A stretch of DNA of 64,000 nt, from contig CAMUAR010000002.1 in assembly GCA_947086895.1 (NCBI GenBank), positions 45,253 to 109,252 of the forward strand, written 5' to 3'. The DNA comes from an uncultured Lachnospiraceae bacterium. GTDB taxonomy: Bacteria; Bacillota; Clostridia; Lachnospirales; Lachnospiraceae. The stretch's first letter is position 1, and every line of letters begins with the position of its first letter. This document shows positions 1 through 9,486 of this stretch, piece by piece. The notes beneath the pieces were generated by a model, which saw only the letters and a program-made list of their open reading frames with translations, made no database searches and was not told where the DNA came from. The position numbers and the translations under genes were made by a program.

Positions 1-879
1 ACCGATCGCAGTGTAAAAAACGGTCAGCATCATAAACATCGGATAATCCCTGCCGTTGATGGAATTGAGATACAAACTTCCGACGCCTGGAACCGAAAAG
101 ATTTTTTCAATAATAAACGAACCGCCCAAAATTCCGACAAAGTTTCCGAAGATTGCAGGCACGATAACAACCATACAGTTTTTAAACGCATGGCGAATTG
201 TCGCCTGGCGCTTTGTCAGACCTTTTGTTCTTGCCAGAAGCATAAATTCGCTTGTCAGAACCTCCGTAAGCTCCGCGCGCGTCGTCCGCGTAAAGCCGGC
301 GATCGTACCAAAGGACAGAGACATAATTGCAGGAAGCATACTTACAAACATAGCCGGTGAAAAATAATCTGTTCCACCTTTCATTACAAACGGAAAAAGA
401 CCGATTTTAAAAGACAGAAAATACTGAATTAAAAACGCATAGACAAAAGACGGCACGGAAATTACAACCATCGTCAAAGTGGAAATTGTATGGTCGATCC
501 AAGTATTTTTCTTTAACGCGGCAAATACACCGAAAATAATACCGATCGGAATGCTGAAAATAATCGAGTAGAGATTGACAAGCATCGTCGCTAGCAGTTT
601 GCTGACAAAAAGCGGTCCTACAGCCTGCCCAAGATAGAGCTTATCGCTGATGCCCCAATCCCAGCGAGTAAAAATTCCTTTTAAATACAAACCGAACTGC
701 ACAATAATCGGCTTGTTATAACCCAATGCTTCCCTGCGCGCCCGCACAACATCCGCGTGCGGATCTCCTACCGGAAGCTGCGCCGGCGGGAGCAGGCGGA
801 TCAAAGTAAAGCAGATCGCCGTGATAATAAACAGGGTCATCAGCATGAGCAAAAATCTTTTCAATGCATATTTAACCAT
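1..879 (-). CDS. ABC transporter permease, OppB/DppB-like; C-terminal part cut by window edge
   Basis: Absent from the ORF track because it runs off the window. My reverse-complement translation from the ATG at 879..877 gives MVKYALKRFLLMLMTLFIITAICF..., with GGAGG a few nt upstream. The sequence is hydrophobic and permease-like and lies directly downstream of the family-5 SBP gene on the same strand. Confidence 0.75.
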   Translation of the reverse strand, partial: MVKYALKRFLLMLMTLFIITAICFTLIRLLPPAQLPVGDPHADVVRARREALGYNKPIIVQFGLYLKGIFTRWDWGISDKLYLGQAVGPLFVSKLLATMLVNLYSIIFSIPIGIIFGVFAALKKNTWIDHTISTLTMVVISVPSFVYAFLIQYFLSFKIGLFPFVMKGGTDYFSPAMFVSMLPAIMSLSFGTIAGFTRTTRAELTEVLTSEFMLLARTKGLTKRQATIRHAFKNCMVVIVPAIFGNFVGILGGSFIIEKIFSVPGVGSLYLNSINGRDYPMFMMLTVFYTAIG

Positions 880-1075
880 TTTGTCCTCCAGTCCCACAGA
901 GCCGAAGAAAGTTTTTCAAAAAAAGATTCTTCAAAAGAACAAAAAATTTTCGCCAATCATAAAAAATTTTCTTTTGAAAAACCTTCCTTGCGGCACAAAT
1001 ATAATAGTTTAACCGCACAATCCGTGGAAAGGACACTGCCCTCCCACGGATGAACGGCTTTTTATAAAATCAATT

Positions 1076-3703
1076 TTAGTACTTCAGCTCGCCGCCCTGC
1101 GACTTTACATACTCTGCCCATTCAGCATCGTCGTAGTTGTACTTCATATAAGCGATACCGCCGCGACCCATAATTGGGTTGTACTCTTCGATTACATAGT
1201 ATACCTGCTGCGACAGCAGAGACATACTGCCATCCTGAATCATTGGGATATAGTTGTAAGTCATAAGGATCTCACGCTCCAGACGCGCAAGGATCTCAAG
1301 TCTTGTCTCAACATCCGCAACACCGTCGCCAAAGTTGTAGGACTTGCCATCCACAGTAGTCATTGTGCCGTTCAGCGCTTCCGACCACTGCTTTAAGGTC
1401 ATTGTAACTTTTTCCATCTTTGGAGTATTGCCGATTCCTGCCGTATTTACTTCCATCTCCAGCGTAATGCTTGTAGCATCAAACCAGTTTGCATCATAAG
1501 ATCTTGCCGGGTCTGTGTAGTTGACAACAATATGGAACGGATCCAGCAGTCCGCCGCTCCAGCCGCCAAGTACGGTATCGGTAAGACCTGCCTTGATATT
1601 ATCGGACCAGCCCGGATCGCCCAAAGGAGCGGATGCCTGGAACATAATCTTGCCATCAAACGGCGTGTCTTTCGTTACCTCGTTCATTTTCTCATTCAGA
1701 TAATCCAGTGTTTTTGTAAGGAAGGAATTTATCTCACTTGCAGAATACGTAATCACAACTGTCTGATCCGAAATTCCGTCGCCGTCCGCATCCGTGATAA
1801 AGCCGTTCTCAAGAGCCTCGTTAAATGCCTGCGTGTAGAGTTCTTTCGCCGCAACAACATCGTAACCTGTAATCGACTCCACCGCCTCGTCAAGACTTGC
1901 ATACTTGCTGACATCCACGCTGTAGAACTCGCAGAGCGTTCTTTTTGCCTGGTCGGTATCGCGGTATCTTGCGCCGGTTTCTGGATCATAGATATAAGGA
2001 GTACCAATCAAGCCATAGCCGCCGGAACGGGATGGATTCACTGCTGTACAGAATGCTTCCTTATCGTAAGTTACTGCCACCGCCTTGCGGAAAGACTGAA
2101 GCGTCATTGTCTCAAGATCGTACTTTGTCTTATCAAAGTCCTCCGCTGCCTCACGGTCCTTAATCGCTTTCATATAGCCGTTGAAAATAAAGAAGAATGT
2201 TGAAGTAAGCGGTGTTGCGTAGCAGTACTCGCTGTTGCGGTACTCTGCAAAGTCATCTGCCTGCAGACCATATCCCATCAAATGTCCCTTTAAGAACATC
2301 AGTTTTGATGTAGCTGCCTCCGCTACTACCTGGACATCAACTGCGGTTGTCTGGTACATCGGATATGTCTGACCATCGGTTGGATCCTTGTAAACATGTT
2401 TTCCATCGGAGTAGCCATACCAGTTTTCATTTTTCTCGTAGCGCATAGACTTGTCAGACTGGAAGGCTGTGATCTTGTATGGACCGTAGCTCATTGTTGT
2501 CTCAACGCTTGTATTGTAGGTGGTAGACCATGCGTCTGTGCCGGCAATCTGAGACTTGCATGCCTCATAGTACGGCTCATATACAATCCAGTTGCTGGAA
2601 AGTCTGTAGAGCAGATTAAATCCTGCAAGCGCTTTGCTTAAAACAATTGTAAACTCGTATTCACTATCTTTAAAAATACCAACGTTTTCAACTGGGAACT
2701 CAGCCCAAGTACCTGTGATTGTATAAAGGTACTGCTCACCATTTGCTTCATACGCCTGACCCGGACCAAGATAGTTCTCATAGAGGTATTTGCCGGATAC
2801 ATAGTCCTCTGGCTGTCCTTCTTCTACCGCTGGATCTCTTACCATGGTATCGTCGGTAGCTTTGGCATACTTGGAACCATCAGGAGCTGTAACGCCCCAG
2901 AAGCTCATATCCACCCAGATATCATCCTGTGTAGCTCCTGAATCCAGCCACCCCTGAGCAGTTTTTCCGTTGGTGTAGATATTCGAACCCTGATAAAAAT
3001 AATCCTTTGCATTTGCGATCGCAAGACCATCGTCCATATAATCGCTCGCACGGTAGTTTTTCATCTTAGGATCAAACAAAGCTCTCATCGAATACACATA
3101 AGTATCCGCGTTGATCGGTGTGCCGTTCTCCCAGCATGCCGCCTGGTTTAACGCAATTCTGTAAGCGTAGCCGGACGTCGCGTCCTCTGGAATATTAAAC
3201 TCAGGATGAGCTGCCTTTACTTCCTCTGTCACATCGACCGGAAACTCTGCTGCCATCTCCGGGCGGATTACATAGCCCTCATAAGGATCTTTCCCCTCAA
3301 CTGGATTCAGCTCGTCGTTGTAGATAAACTCATAAAGACCGCTCTGAATATAAGCTGCCAGTTCGCCGTCCGTTGACGTCTGATAATCATGCGGATTCCA
3401 GTAGGAAGGCAGAGTGCTGACCGCGCTCTTATAGGTATATTGACCGGACTGCCCAGTCAGTTCAGGAAGCGGTACTTCTGTCGGAGTAGGTTCCGGTGTA
3501 GTAGTATCACCGTCTGGAGTATCGGTTGGCTCTGTTGTATCGCCATCTGGAGTAGGCGTTGGATCTGTTGCACCGCCCTGCTCTGTTGGAGTCGGGGTCG
3601 AATCCGCCGGCTCCGGGTCCTTGCCGCCGCAGGCTGTCATGGACACTGCCATCGCTGTAGCCAAAGAAACTGCAAGGACTCTCTTCGTTGCAAATTTTCT
3701 CAT
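1076..3703 (-). CDS. ABC transporter substrate-binding lipoprotein, peptide/nickel family 5, unusually large (875 aa)
   Basis: Lipoprotein signal peptide MRKFATKRVLAVSLATAMAVSMTAC-GG, then a Thr/Pro/Asp-rich linker, then a long SBP_bac_5-like body. Sits next to the Opp-type permease. Confidence 0.8.
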   Translation of the reverse strand: MRKFATKRVLAVSLATAMAVSMTACGGKDPEPADSTPTPTEQGGATDPTPTPDGDTTEPTDTPDGDTTTPEPTPTEVPLPELTGQSGQYTYKSAVSTLPSYWNPHDYQTSTDGELAAYIQSGLYEFIYNDELNPVEGKDPYEGYVIRPEMAAEFPVDVTEEVKAAHPEFNIPEDATSGYAYRIALNQAACWENGTPINADTYVYSMRALFDPKMKNYRASDYMDDGLAIANAKDYFYQGSNIYTNGKTAQGWLDSGATQDDIWVDMSFWGVTAPDGSKYAKATDDTMVRDPAVEEGQPEDYVSGKYLYENYLGPGQAYEANGEQYLYTITGTWAEFPVENVGIFKDSEYEFTIVLSKALAGFNLLYRLSSNWIVYEPYYEACKSQIAGTDAWSTTYNTSVETTMSYGPYKITAFQSDKSMRYEKNENWYGYSDGKHVYKDPTDGQTYPMYQTTAVDVQVVAEAATSKLMFLKGHLMGYGLQADDFAEYRNSEYCYATPLTSTFFFIFNGYMKAIKDREAAEDFDKTKYDLETMTLQSFRKAVAVTYDKEAFCTAVNPSRSGGYGLIGTPYIYDPETGARYRDTDQAKRTLCEFYSVDVSKYASLDEAVESITGYDVVAAKELYTQAFNEALENGFITDADGDGISDQTVVITYSASEINSFLTKTLDYLNEKMNEVTKDTPFDGKIMFQASAPLGDPGWSDNIKAGLTDTVLGGWSGGLLDPFHIVVNYTDPARSYDANWFDATSITLEMEVNTAGIGNTPKMEKVTMTLKQWSEALNGTMTTVDGKSYNFGDGVADVETRLEILARLEREILMTYNYIPMIQDGSMSLLSQQVYYVIEEYNPIMGRGGIAYMKYNYDDAEWAEYVKSQGGELKY

Positions 3704-4029
3704 AGTTGTCTCCTCCTATCAAATTTCTTGGCATGCTATGATGCTTTGCCTTATTAAACAGATGCTGTTAGCAAAAAAGGAATAAGTAATCACTTACCCA
3801 CCCCTTTCTTCGTAACCCCTGCCATTTTATGCAAATCATGTTGTATGCCAATGAACACGTACAAGGTTACATGATAATTGTCGAATTGTCAAGAGGTTTT
3901 CAGCAATTTCACTAAATTATATCGTTCCTTTTTCTGTACTTATGTCTTTACAGCATCGACAAACTTGCGCGGGATAAAAACATTTATTAAATTTTTTACT
4001 TTTTCTTTACGGATTGTCAAATCCCAAAA

Positions 4030-4057
4030 TTGACTTTTTTTCAGCGGGGCATATACT
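4030..4057 (+). promoter_or_regulatory. Sigma-A type promoter (TTGACT - 16 nt - TATACT) for ORF 4091..4486
   Basis: TTGACT at 4030..4035 and TATACT at 4052..4057. An AAGGGG RBS lies about 10 nt before the ATG at 4091. Confidence 0.5.
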
Positions 4058-4090
4058 ATATCAAACAAAAAAATCAAGGGGATTTTCGCA

Positions 4091-4486
4091 ATGAAATTGT
4101 CCATAACATCGGAAGCGGAATTGTCTGACGATCTCTCCCGTTTTTTGTCCAGCGAAACAGAACTCAATGAGAACAGCAACATCACTGCAATCTATCAAGC
4201 CAAATTTATAAAAGAGAATGATGGTTTGTCCCTCTCATTCCTTTATTACAATATTTCATCATCACTTTACTACGCTGTCAGTTTCCCTTGCTGTAATGAC
4301 AAAATAACATTGTCATCTTTGTACCCTTTAATTGACTCTTTTTTCCATTTCCCCGTTGAAAAAGGCAGCTTGTTGTTACTTGAAGACAGTTCACTGCTTA
4401 TGGATTACAAAGAATATTTTAGCCAAATCATCCCTTATTTATTAAAAATTGCACAAGAAAATTATATACCAGTTTTAGTAAATTAA
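4091..4486 (+). CDS. Hypothetical protein (131 aa), no recognisable family
   Basis: Has an ORF, a near-consensus promoter, an RBS and a shared downstream terminator. I recognised no motif. Confidence 0.5.
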   Translation: MKLSITSEAELSDDLSRFLSSETELNENSNITAIYQAKFIKENDGLSLSFLYYNISSSLYYAVSFPCCNDKITLSSLYPLIDSFFHFPVEKGSLLLLEDSSLLMDYKEYFSQIIPYLLKIAQENYIPVLVN

Positions 4487-4603
4487 AATACATCTATACC
4501 ACCAGACAAAAATGCTTTCCTTTCTGGTTTATTCTTTGCAGTGTGCAATTAGGTTACCTGCACTAGACATGGTACAGTTTTCGATATATATGCATAAAAG
4601 AAC

Positions 4604-4645
4604 ACCAGGACAGCTGTTTTTTACAGTCTGTCCTGGTATTTTTTA
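4604..4645. terminator. Bidirectional rho-independent terminator between ORF 4091..4486 and spoIIIAH
   Basis: Stem ACCAGGACAG (4604..4613) pairs with CTGTCCTGGT (4628..4637). T-runs flank it on both strands. Confidence 0.7.
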
Positions 4646-4650
4646 GAATT

Positions 4651-5526
4651 CTACTCCTCCATCACAACCGTTGTGATTACAATTCCCTCTGCTGAAACTC
4701 CGGTTTTTCTGCTGACAATATCTTCAATCTGAGCAATTTGCTGCTCCGTAACACTTTCCGCATTGACAACAACATCCACCTCAGTATCGGATATGCTGAC
4801 CACTACTCCTTCATATCCTTTTGCCTCCAACAAAATTTCCGCTGCATTCTCATTTTCTGCGCGGGCAGTCAGCGCGATAATCTGGTCGATCGCATCCTGC
4901 TTTAATTCATCCGCAACTGTAGAATCTGACACAACCGCCATCAAAGCTTCCTTGCTCTTTGCGCGCATCTGTTCCCTGCCAAGTTTTGCGTTGGCAAAAT
5001 ATCCGTTCTGCAGCGTTACGCTTGTAAAAACAGCCTCTCCTGGCGTACTTTCATCGGTCTGTGTCGAAGCGTCTTTATCTTTTTCCGGCGCGCCGGTTAC
5101 CTCCGCTTCTGACTGCTTTTGATCCTCCTTTTTGTCTCCCGTTTCCCCATTTGTTTTTTCAGGGTCTGCATTATCTTTATTTTCTGTATTATTCTCTTCG
5201 GCATTGTTCCCGGAAGCCGCAACATTATCTCCATTGTTTTGCGCCGCCATATTTTCTTTTAACACCAAATCACCGTCGTCTGACACCTGGTACACAAAAT
5301 TATAGTCCTCTCCTATATCCTCCGCAGATAAATCAGCAAATTCATCCCCGTCCAAATCATCCTTATCTTGATCTTTGCTGCCCACATTGTTGCTCGCCGC
5401 CGTCAATGCAGACTCTTTGTCCGCTTCGTCCTCCTTATCCTTTGCAAAATTCAGATATCCCACAACCGCGATCATGATGGCTAACGCCGTTATAATAATC
5501 TGATTTTTTTTAAATATGGTCTTCAT
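4651..5526 (-). CDS. spoIIIAH: Stage III sporulation protein AH
   Basis: Last gene of the spoIIIA string. N-terminal TM, and a C-terminal YscJ/FliF-like region (...ILLEAKGYEGVVVSISDTEVDVVVNA...). Contains a long acidic low-complexity insert. Confidence 0.85.
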   Translation of the reverse strand: MKTIFKKNQIIITALAIMIAVVGYLNFAKDKEDEADKESALTAASNNVGSKDQDKDDLDGDEFADLSAEDIGEDYNFVYQVSDDGDLVLKENMAAQNNGDNVAASGNNAEENNTENKDNADPEKTNGETGDKKEDQKQSEAEVTGAPEKDKDASTQTDESTPGEAVFTSVTLQNGYFANAKLGREQMRAKSKEALMAVVSDSTVADELKQDAIDQIIALTARAENENAAEILLEAKGYEGVVVSISDTEVDVVVNAESVTEQQIAQIEDIVSRKTGVSAEGIVITTVVMEE

Positions 5527-5575
5527 TATGTAACTACCCGCCTTTCTTTGTTGTTAATACTTCCTATCGAAAGCT

Positions 5576-6229
5576 CTACTTCATCTCCAATACCACTATC
5601 CTATGCGCTGGTACTCCAAATAGTGCCTCCACTGCGGAAACAATGTCAACCACAACATCTGCGTTTCCTCCGCCCTCGCACACAACCAAGATTCCCGCAA
5701 CTTTCGCCGCAAATTCCTGTGTCACAAACGGGACGCTTCCAGCTTCATAGACTACTTTCTCCTCCTTTCCGGATGTGATGTTGGTCCGCGTACCGCCGTT
5801 GCGATCCGTCTCGTTCAGCGAGTCCGTGCTGCTCTTACTCTCCTTAAGCACTATCTTTTCTCCGTTGTCCGACAAGGTTATCATAACCTCCGCTTTTCCT
5901 ACCCCCTTCACCCCGGACAACAGGGCTGTCAACTTTTCTTCCCACAGCTCCAGTTCCGTTTTCTCCGCTGCTTGCACCGCTGTTCCCGCAGACATAGAGG
6001 ATATTCCCCCATGAGGAGTATCCTCTTCTTTTGCCCGAAATATGCCAGATGCAGAAGAAATCAGTAATAAACCTCCCGCCAAAAGAAGAAGGAAAATATT
6101 TTTCACTCCAATCTTCCTTTTTATCTCCGCCAGTTTTTCCTTTAAGGATATCATGGAACCCCCTTTTCCAAAGGTTCTTCCACATAATGGAAAACCCTTT
6201 TGCAGAACCTTGCGGATCGGCATAATCAC
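5576..6229 (-). CDS. spoIIIAG: Stage III sporulation protein AG
   Basis: Assigned by position in the operon. TM segment IFLLLLAGGLLLISS and a C-terminal beta-rich domain. Start is ambiguous: GTG 6229, ATG 6223, or ATG 6154 with an AAAGGGGG RBS. Confidence 0.8.
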   Translation of the reverse strand: MIMPIRKVLQKGFPLCGRTFGKGGSMISLKEKLAEIKRKIGVKNIFLLLLAGGLLLISSASGIFRAKEEDTPHGGISSMSAGTAVQAAEKTELELWEEKLTALLSGVKGVGKAEVMITLSDNGEKIVLKESKSSTDSLNETDRNGGTRTNITSGKEEKVVYEAGSVPFVTQEFAAKVAGILVVCEGGGNADVVVDIVSAVEALFGVPAHRIVVLEMK

Positions 6230-6906
6230 TGGATGATAACATTTATATGCGCTCCATCCATATTATAGAAGTCCGCAAGCCTTTTCTTTATCGCCATCTC
6301 ATAAACCGATCCCCCGTTTTGGTCAAGATCTTCTTCCTTTTCTTTCTCCAGACGGACAATAATGTCCGTAATGGAAACTTCTCCGATCCCTTTTATTTTT
6401 TCTGTCCCGCTTTCTGTTTGGTCACTGTTATTTTGTTCAGACTGCCATGCTCCTTCTTGCAGTTTTACATAGATCGTAAATCCGCCGATCACCATACTAT
6501 CGTTCTGTTTGTCCGCCGCTTCCGCTTTCTCTAACCAGAGTTCTACCGATGCAACTGCAACGCCAAGTTCCGCAAGCAGTTCTTGGGATTGACGCAAAAT
6601 CAATTCTTCATACTCACGCACTACTCCATCCGTCCATGCGCTCTTGGAGGACGCAGGAATATCCTCGTTGTCCAATATCCTTAAAACCCCTAAAAGTTCT
6701 TGCTCCATCTCGTTTTTCTTCCAGATCGACTCGAAATTTCCATCGGTTAAAATTTCCATCAGCGGCGACGCAAGCATCAGCACCAGACATAATCCAACTG
6801 CGAAACGGGCATACTTTTCATAATCCTTTCCCGTTAAGTTTCGTATCATTCCTACAAACAAAAGAAAGTAGACAATCTGTTTTATCCACTCATAAATCTT
6901 GTCCAT
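6226..6906 (-). CDS. spoIIIAF: Stage III sporulation protein AF
   Basis: N-terminus MDKIYEWIKQIVYFLLFVGMIRNL... with two TM segments, typical of SpoIIIAF. Operon position agrees. Confidence 0.85.
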   Translation of the reverse strand: MDKIYEWIKQIVYFLLFVGMIRNLTGKDYEKYARFAVGLCLVLMLASPLMEILTDGNFESIWKKNEMEQELLGVLRILDNEDIPASSKSAWTDGVVREYEELILRQSQELLAELGVAVASVELWLEKAEAADKQNDSMVIGGFTIYVKLQEGAWQSEQNNSDQTESGTEKIKGIGEVSITDIIVRLEKEKEEDLDQNGGSVYEMAIKKRLADFYNMDGAHINVIIQ

Positions 6907-7006
6907 AGCTGCCCCGCCTCCCCTCTTCCTTCAGACTTTTATCGAATTTTTTTTCTAAAAAACTTCTTGGACAATATCAAATATTACCCACAAGTTTTAT
7001 ACTTGT

Positions 7007-8242
7007 CTACGAAGTTGTGCGCACGAGAATCGCAAGCGTCAGCAAAAACAAAACTGCTCCTGTTGCAAGCGCCTGAAATAACATTGTAATCCCTTCTGCG
7101 GTATCGGACAGGCAACGCACAATCCGCTTGTCCGCCACCGGCTCGACAAGCGCGGCTCCTACCCGGTAACATAAGGAAGAAAGCAAAACTTTTATCAGCG
7201 GCGAAAGGCAGACAAACACAATAACAATGATACCTCCTGTGCCAACCGCATTCTTAATCACATTTCCCGCATTTAAAACAGTTTCTGCAACGCCGGAAAA
7301 CAGATTTCCAAGCCCTGGAATCATCTGCGATATTTTAATTGCCGATTTGCGCCGCGCCTGGTCAAGTACCGGCGTAATCATTCCTTGCAGAATGCTTGTC
7401 CCAGCGACAAGCCCCAAAATTGTTTTAATTCCAAACCGCACTCCTCTGGACAAAAGTTCGATCAATTTGCCAAGTGGCTCTTCCTGTGTTAAATGATTTG
7501 CAAGTACTGCCATCATATATAGATGAATGGCTGGAATCAACACCGAAACAACAAAATAGTCCGCCAGCGCCAAGCCCATCAGCAAAGTTGCTGAAGCCGC
7601 TTGTGAAGTAAGCGCGCCGGTCGAAAAGGCGAGCGTTGCACAAAATACCGGAACAAGCAGCTTCATAAATGTCATCAGCCGTTCCAACGTTGCTGATACT
7701 ATGCCGCTCGCAGAAAGATATCCCGCTGCCAACATGGAAAATAAAAGAAGATATGTAACATAATATCCGCCCTCCGCCACCTGACCATTTCCAAATGCCC
7801 TTGAAAAACTAGTAAAAACTGCGGTTAAAAGAACAATACCAAGCAGTTTTACCAACTCCTCTTTTTTCCCGGAAAGCTGCCCTGGCAATCCAAAAAATAA
7901 TTGTTGTAAAAGACCTGAAAACGACAGTTCCTCCTCCCCGCTTAACACGCGCAGAACATAATCCGTAAAACTAAACTTCTCTTCCGGCAAAAGTTCCTTT
8001 ACTGCTCTGTCAAGCTCTTCATACTCACTGCTCTCCAAAAACTCTGAAAAATACTTTTCTGTTGTTTTATCCTGCGCACCGTAAACTTTATATTCTTCCG
8101 AAAACAGGAATGCTCCAAAAACCGCCCAGAATAAACTTATTTTTATAATAGTCATCCGAACGCTCCCTTTTCGCCCACTTATGGCAAAAACGCTGGGAAT
8201 CCGTATCCACTTGCCAAGCGTCTGCCCGCTTTGCCCGCTCAT
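7007..8242 (-). CDS. spoIIIAE: Stage III sporulation protein AE
   Basis: Polytopic membrane protein at the expected operon position. The likely true start is ATG 8155 (AAAGGGAG RBS, signal-like MTIIKISLFWAVFGAFLFS). Confidence 0.85.
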   Translation of the reverse strand: MSGQSGQTLGKWIRIPSVFAISGRKGSVRMTIIKISLFWAVFGAFLFSEEYKVYGAQDKTTEKYFSEFLESSEYEELDRAVKELLPEEKFSFTDYVLRVLSGEEELSFSGLLQQLFFGLPGQLSGKKEELVKLLGIVLLTAVFTSFSRAFGNGQVAEGGYYVTYLLLFSMLAAGYLSASGIVSATLERLMTFMKLLVPVFCATLAFSTGALTSQAASATLLMGLALADYFVVSVLIPAIHLYMMAVLANHLTQEEPLGKLIELLSRGVRFGIKTILGLVAGTSILQGMITPVLDQARRKSAIKISQMIPGLGNLFSGVAETVLNAGNVIKNAVGTGGIIVIVFVCLSPLIKVLLSSLCYRVGAALVEPVADKRIVRCLSDTAEGITMLFQALATGAVLFLLTLAILVRTTS

Positions 8243-8619
8243 GGCAAAAACCCTTCGATCACCTCGACAAGCGCAAGCAAGATCGGCAGGCTGAGCGCCA
8301 TAATCGTAAGTTTTCCCGCCAGTTCAACTTGTCCTCCGACCGCCGAAAATCCTGCATCCCGGCACAATGCCGAAGCAAATTCCGACAGATAAGTAATCCC
8401 CACAATTTTTAATAAGATCGATAAATACTGCGTATTTTCCCCGAAGTATCCCCGAAGCCGGTCAACGACGGATAAAATTGCCTCCAGTCTTGATATTCCA
8501 AAGAAAAACAAAAGCAGACAGCCCGCCATACTAATATAAGTCGCATATTCACTTCTGCCCTCCTTTACCATCAGGGCGCAAAGGACTGTTACAATTCCGA
8601 CAAGTGCAATTTTCGTCAT
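8239..8619 (-). CDS. spoIIIAD: Stage III sporulation protein AD
   Basis: 126-aa four-TM protein at the expected operon position. Confidence 0.85.
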   Translation of the reverse strand: MTKIALVGIVTVLCALMVKEGRSEYATYISMAGCLLLFFFGISRLEAILSVVDRLRGYFGENTQYLSILLKIVGITYLSEFASALCRDAGFSAVGGQVELAGKLTIMALSLPILLALVEVIEGFLP

Positions 8620-8741
8620 ATAAAACTTTCCCTTTCTGCGTTTATTTTCTCTTATAAGCTATTTGTGCCAAATCTCAGATTTTGCAACCATCAATATAAA
8701 TTGTGACACTAAAAATTTATTTTTTATATTATTTTACTTGT

Positions 8742-8936
8742 TTATAGAGCAAATAATGTTTGTATTGTTTCAAATAACTCCGCAATATACGGCACAATCC
8801 AGAACAGTACAACCAAAAGCCCTGCAAGACTTACAAGGAACGCCTGATCCTCCCGCCCAGAATGCTTTAAGATCTGATTCAAGACGGAAACCAGGATTCC
8901 GACTGCCGCTATTTTAAAGATCAATTGAATTGTCAT
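8742..8936 (-). CDS. spoIIIAC: Stage III sporulation protein AC
   Basis: 64-aa two-TM protein, MTIQLIFKIAAVGILVSVLNQILKHSGRED..., resembling B. subtilis SpoIIIAC. Confidence 0.85.
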   Translation of the reverse strand: MTIQLIFKIAAVGILVSVLNQILKHSGREDQAFLVSLAGLLVVLFWIVPYIAELFETIQTLFAL

Positions 8937-8952
8937 TTGGCTTCCCCCGTTT

Positions 8953-9477
8953 CTAAAGCAAAATTACAAGCAGAAAAATCCCTGCAAGGATGCCAAGGCT
9001 TTTGCTGAGCAGGGCGCGTTTTTTATTTTCCCTGTCAAGGGTATCGGTCAGCCCTTCTAGTTGTTCAAGATACCATTCCAGCGCGTTTAACTGCATATCG
9101 GCGTCCATTTTTCCAAGCATTCCGCCAAGTTTTACAAGCATAGAAATATCCTGTTTTGTCAGCGCCGTATCTTTTAAACAGCCTTTTGAAGCAATCGAAA
9201 ATGCTTCCTCCACGCTCGCTGTGCAAAACCCGCCAAGCTGTCTGGCAACACTTCGAAAAAATTCTGCGAAAGCTCCCGTCCTCGCTGCAGCTGCTGCAAA
9301 TGCTTCCGGCAGGCTGGATCTTAAATATCGAATATCCCCTTTCAATAATAAAATTGCCTCCGAAAGCTCCCGAAGCTGCTTGAGACGCCGCGTCATTTCC
9401 CCTGCACAATAAAAGCCGAACCCGCTGCAGGCAGTGAGCACCGCAATGCTCCCGATCACCTTTGCCACCATAAACAT
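8953..9477 (-). CDS. spoIIIAB: Stage III sporulation protein AB
   Basis: 174 aa with N- and C-terminal TM segments flanking a helical cytoplasmic domain. Operon position agrees. Confidence 0.85.
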   Translation of the reverse strand: MFMVAKVIGSIAVLTACSGFGFYCAGEMTRRLKQLRELSEAILLLKGDIRYLRSSLPEAFAAAAARTGAFAEFFRSVARQLGGFCTASVEEAFSIASKGCLKDTALTKQDISMLVKLGGMLGKMDADMQLNALEWYLEQLEGLTDTLDRENKKRALLSKSLGILAGIFLLVILL

Positions 9478-9486
9478 CCCCCCAGA

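Noticed and set aside
757-1053. 98-aa and 63-aa plus-strand ORFs at the permease / SBP junction
   Set aside because: They overlap the 5' end of the minus-strand permease gene and the intergenic spacer. They have a basic low-complexity composition and no RBS.
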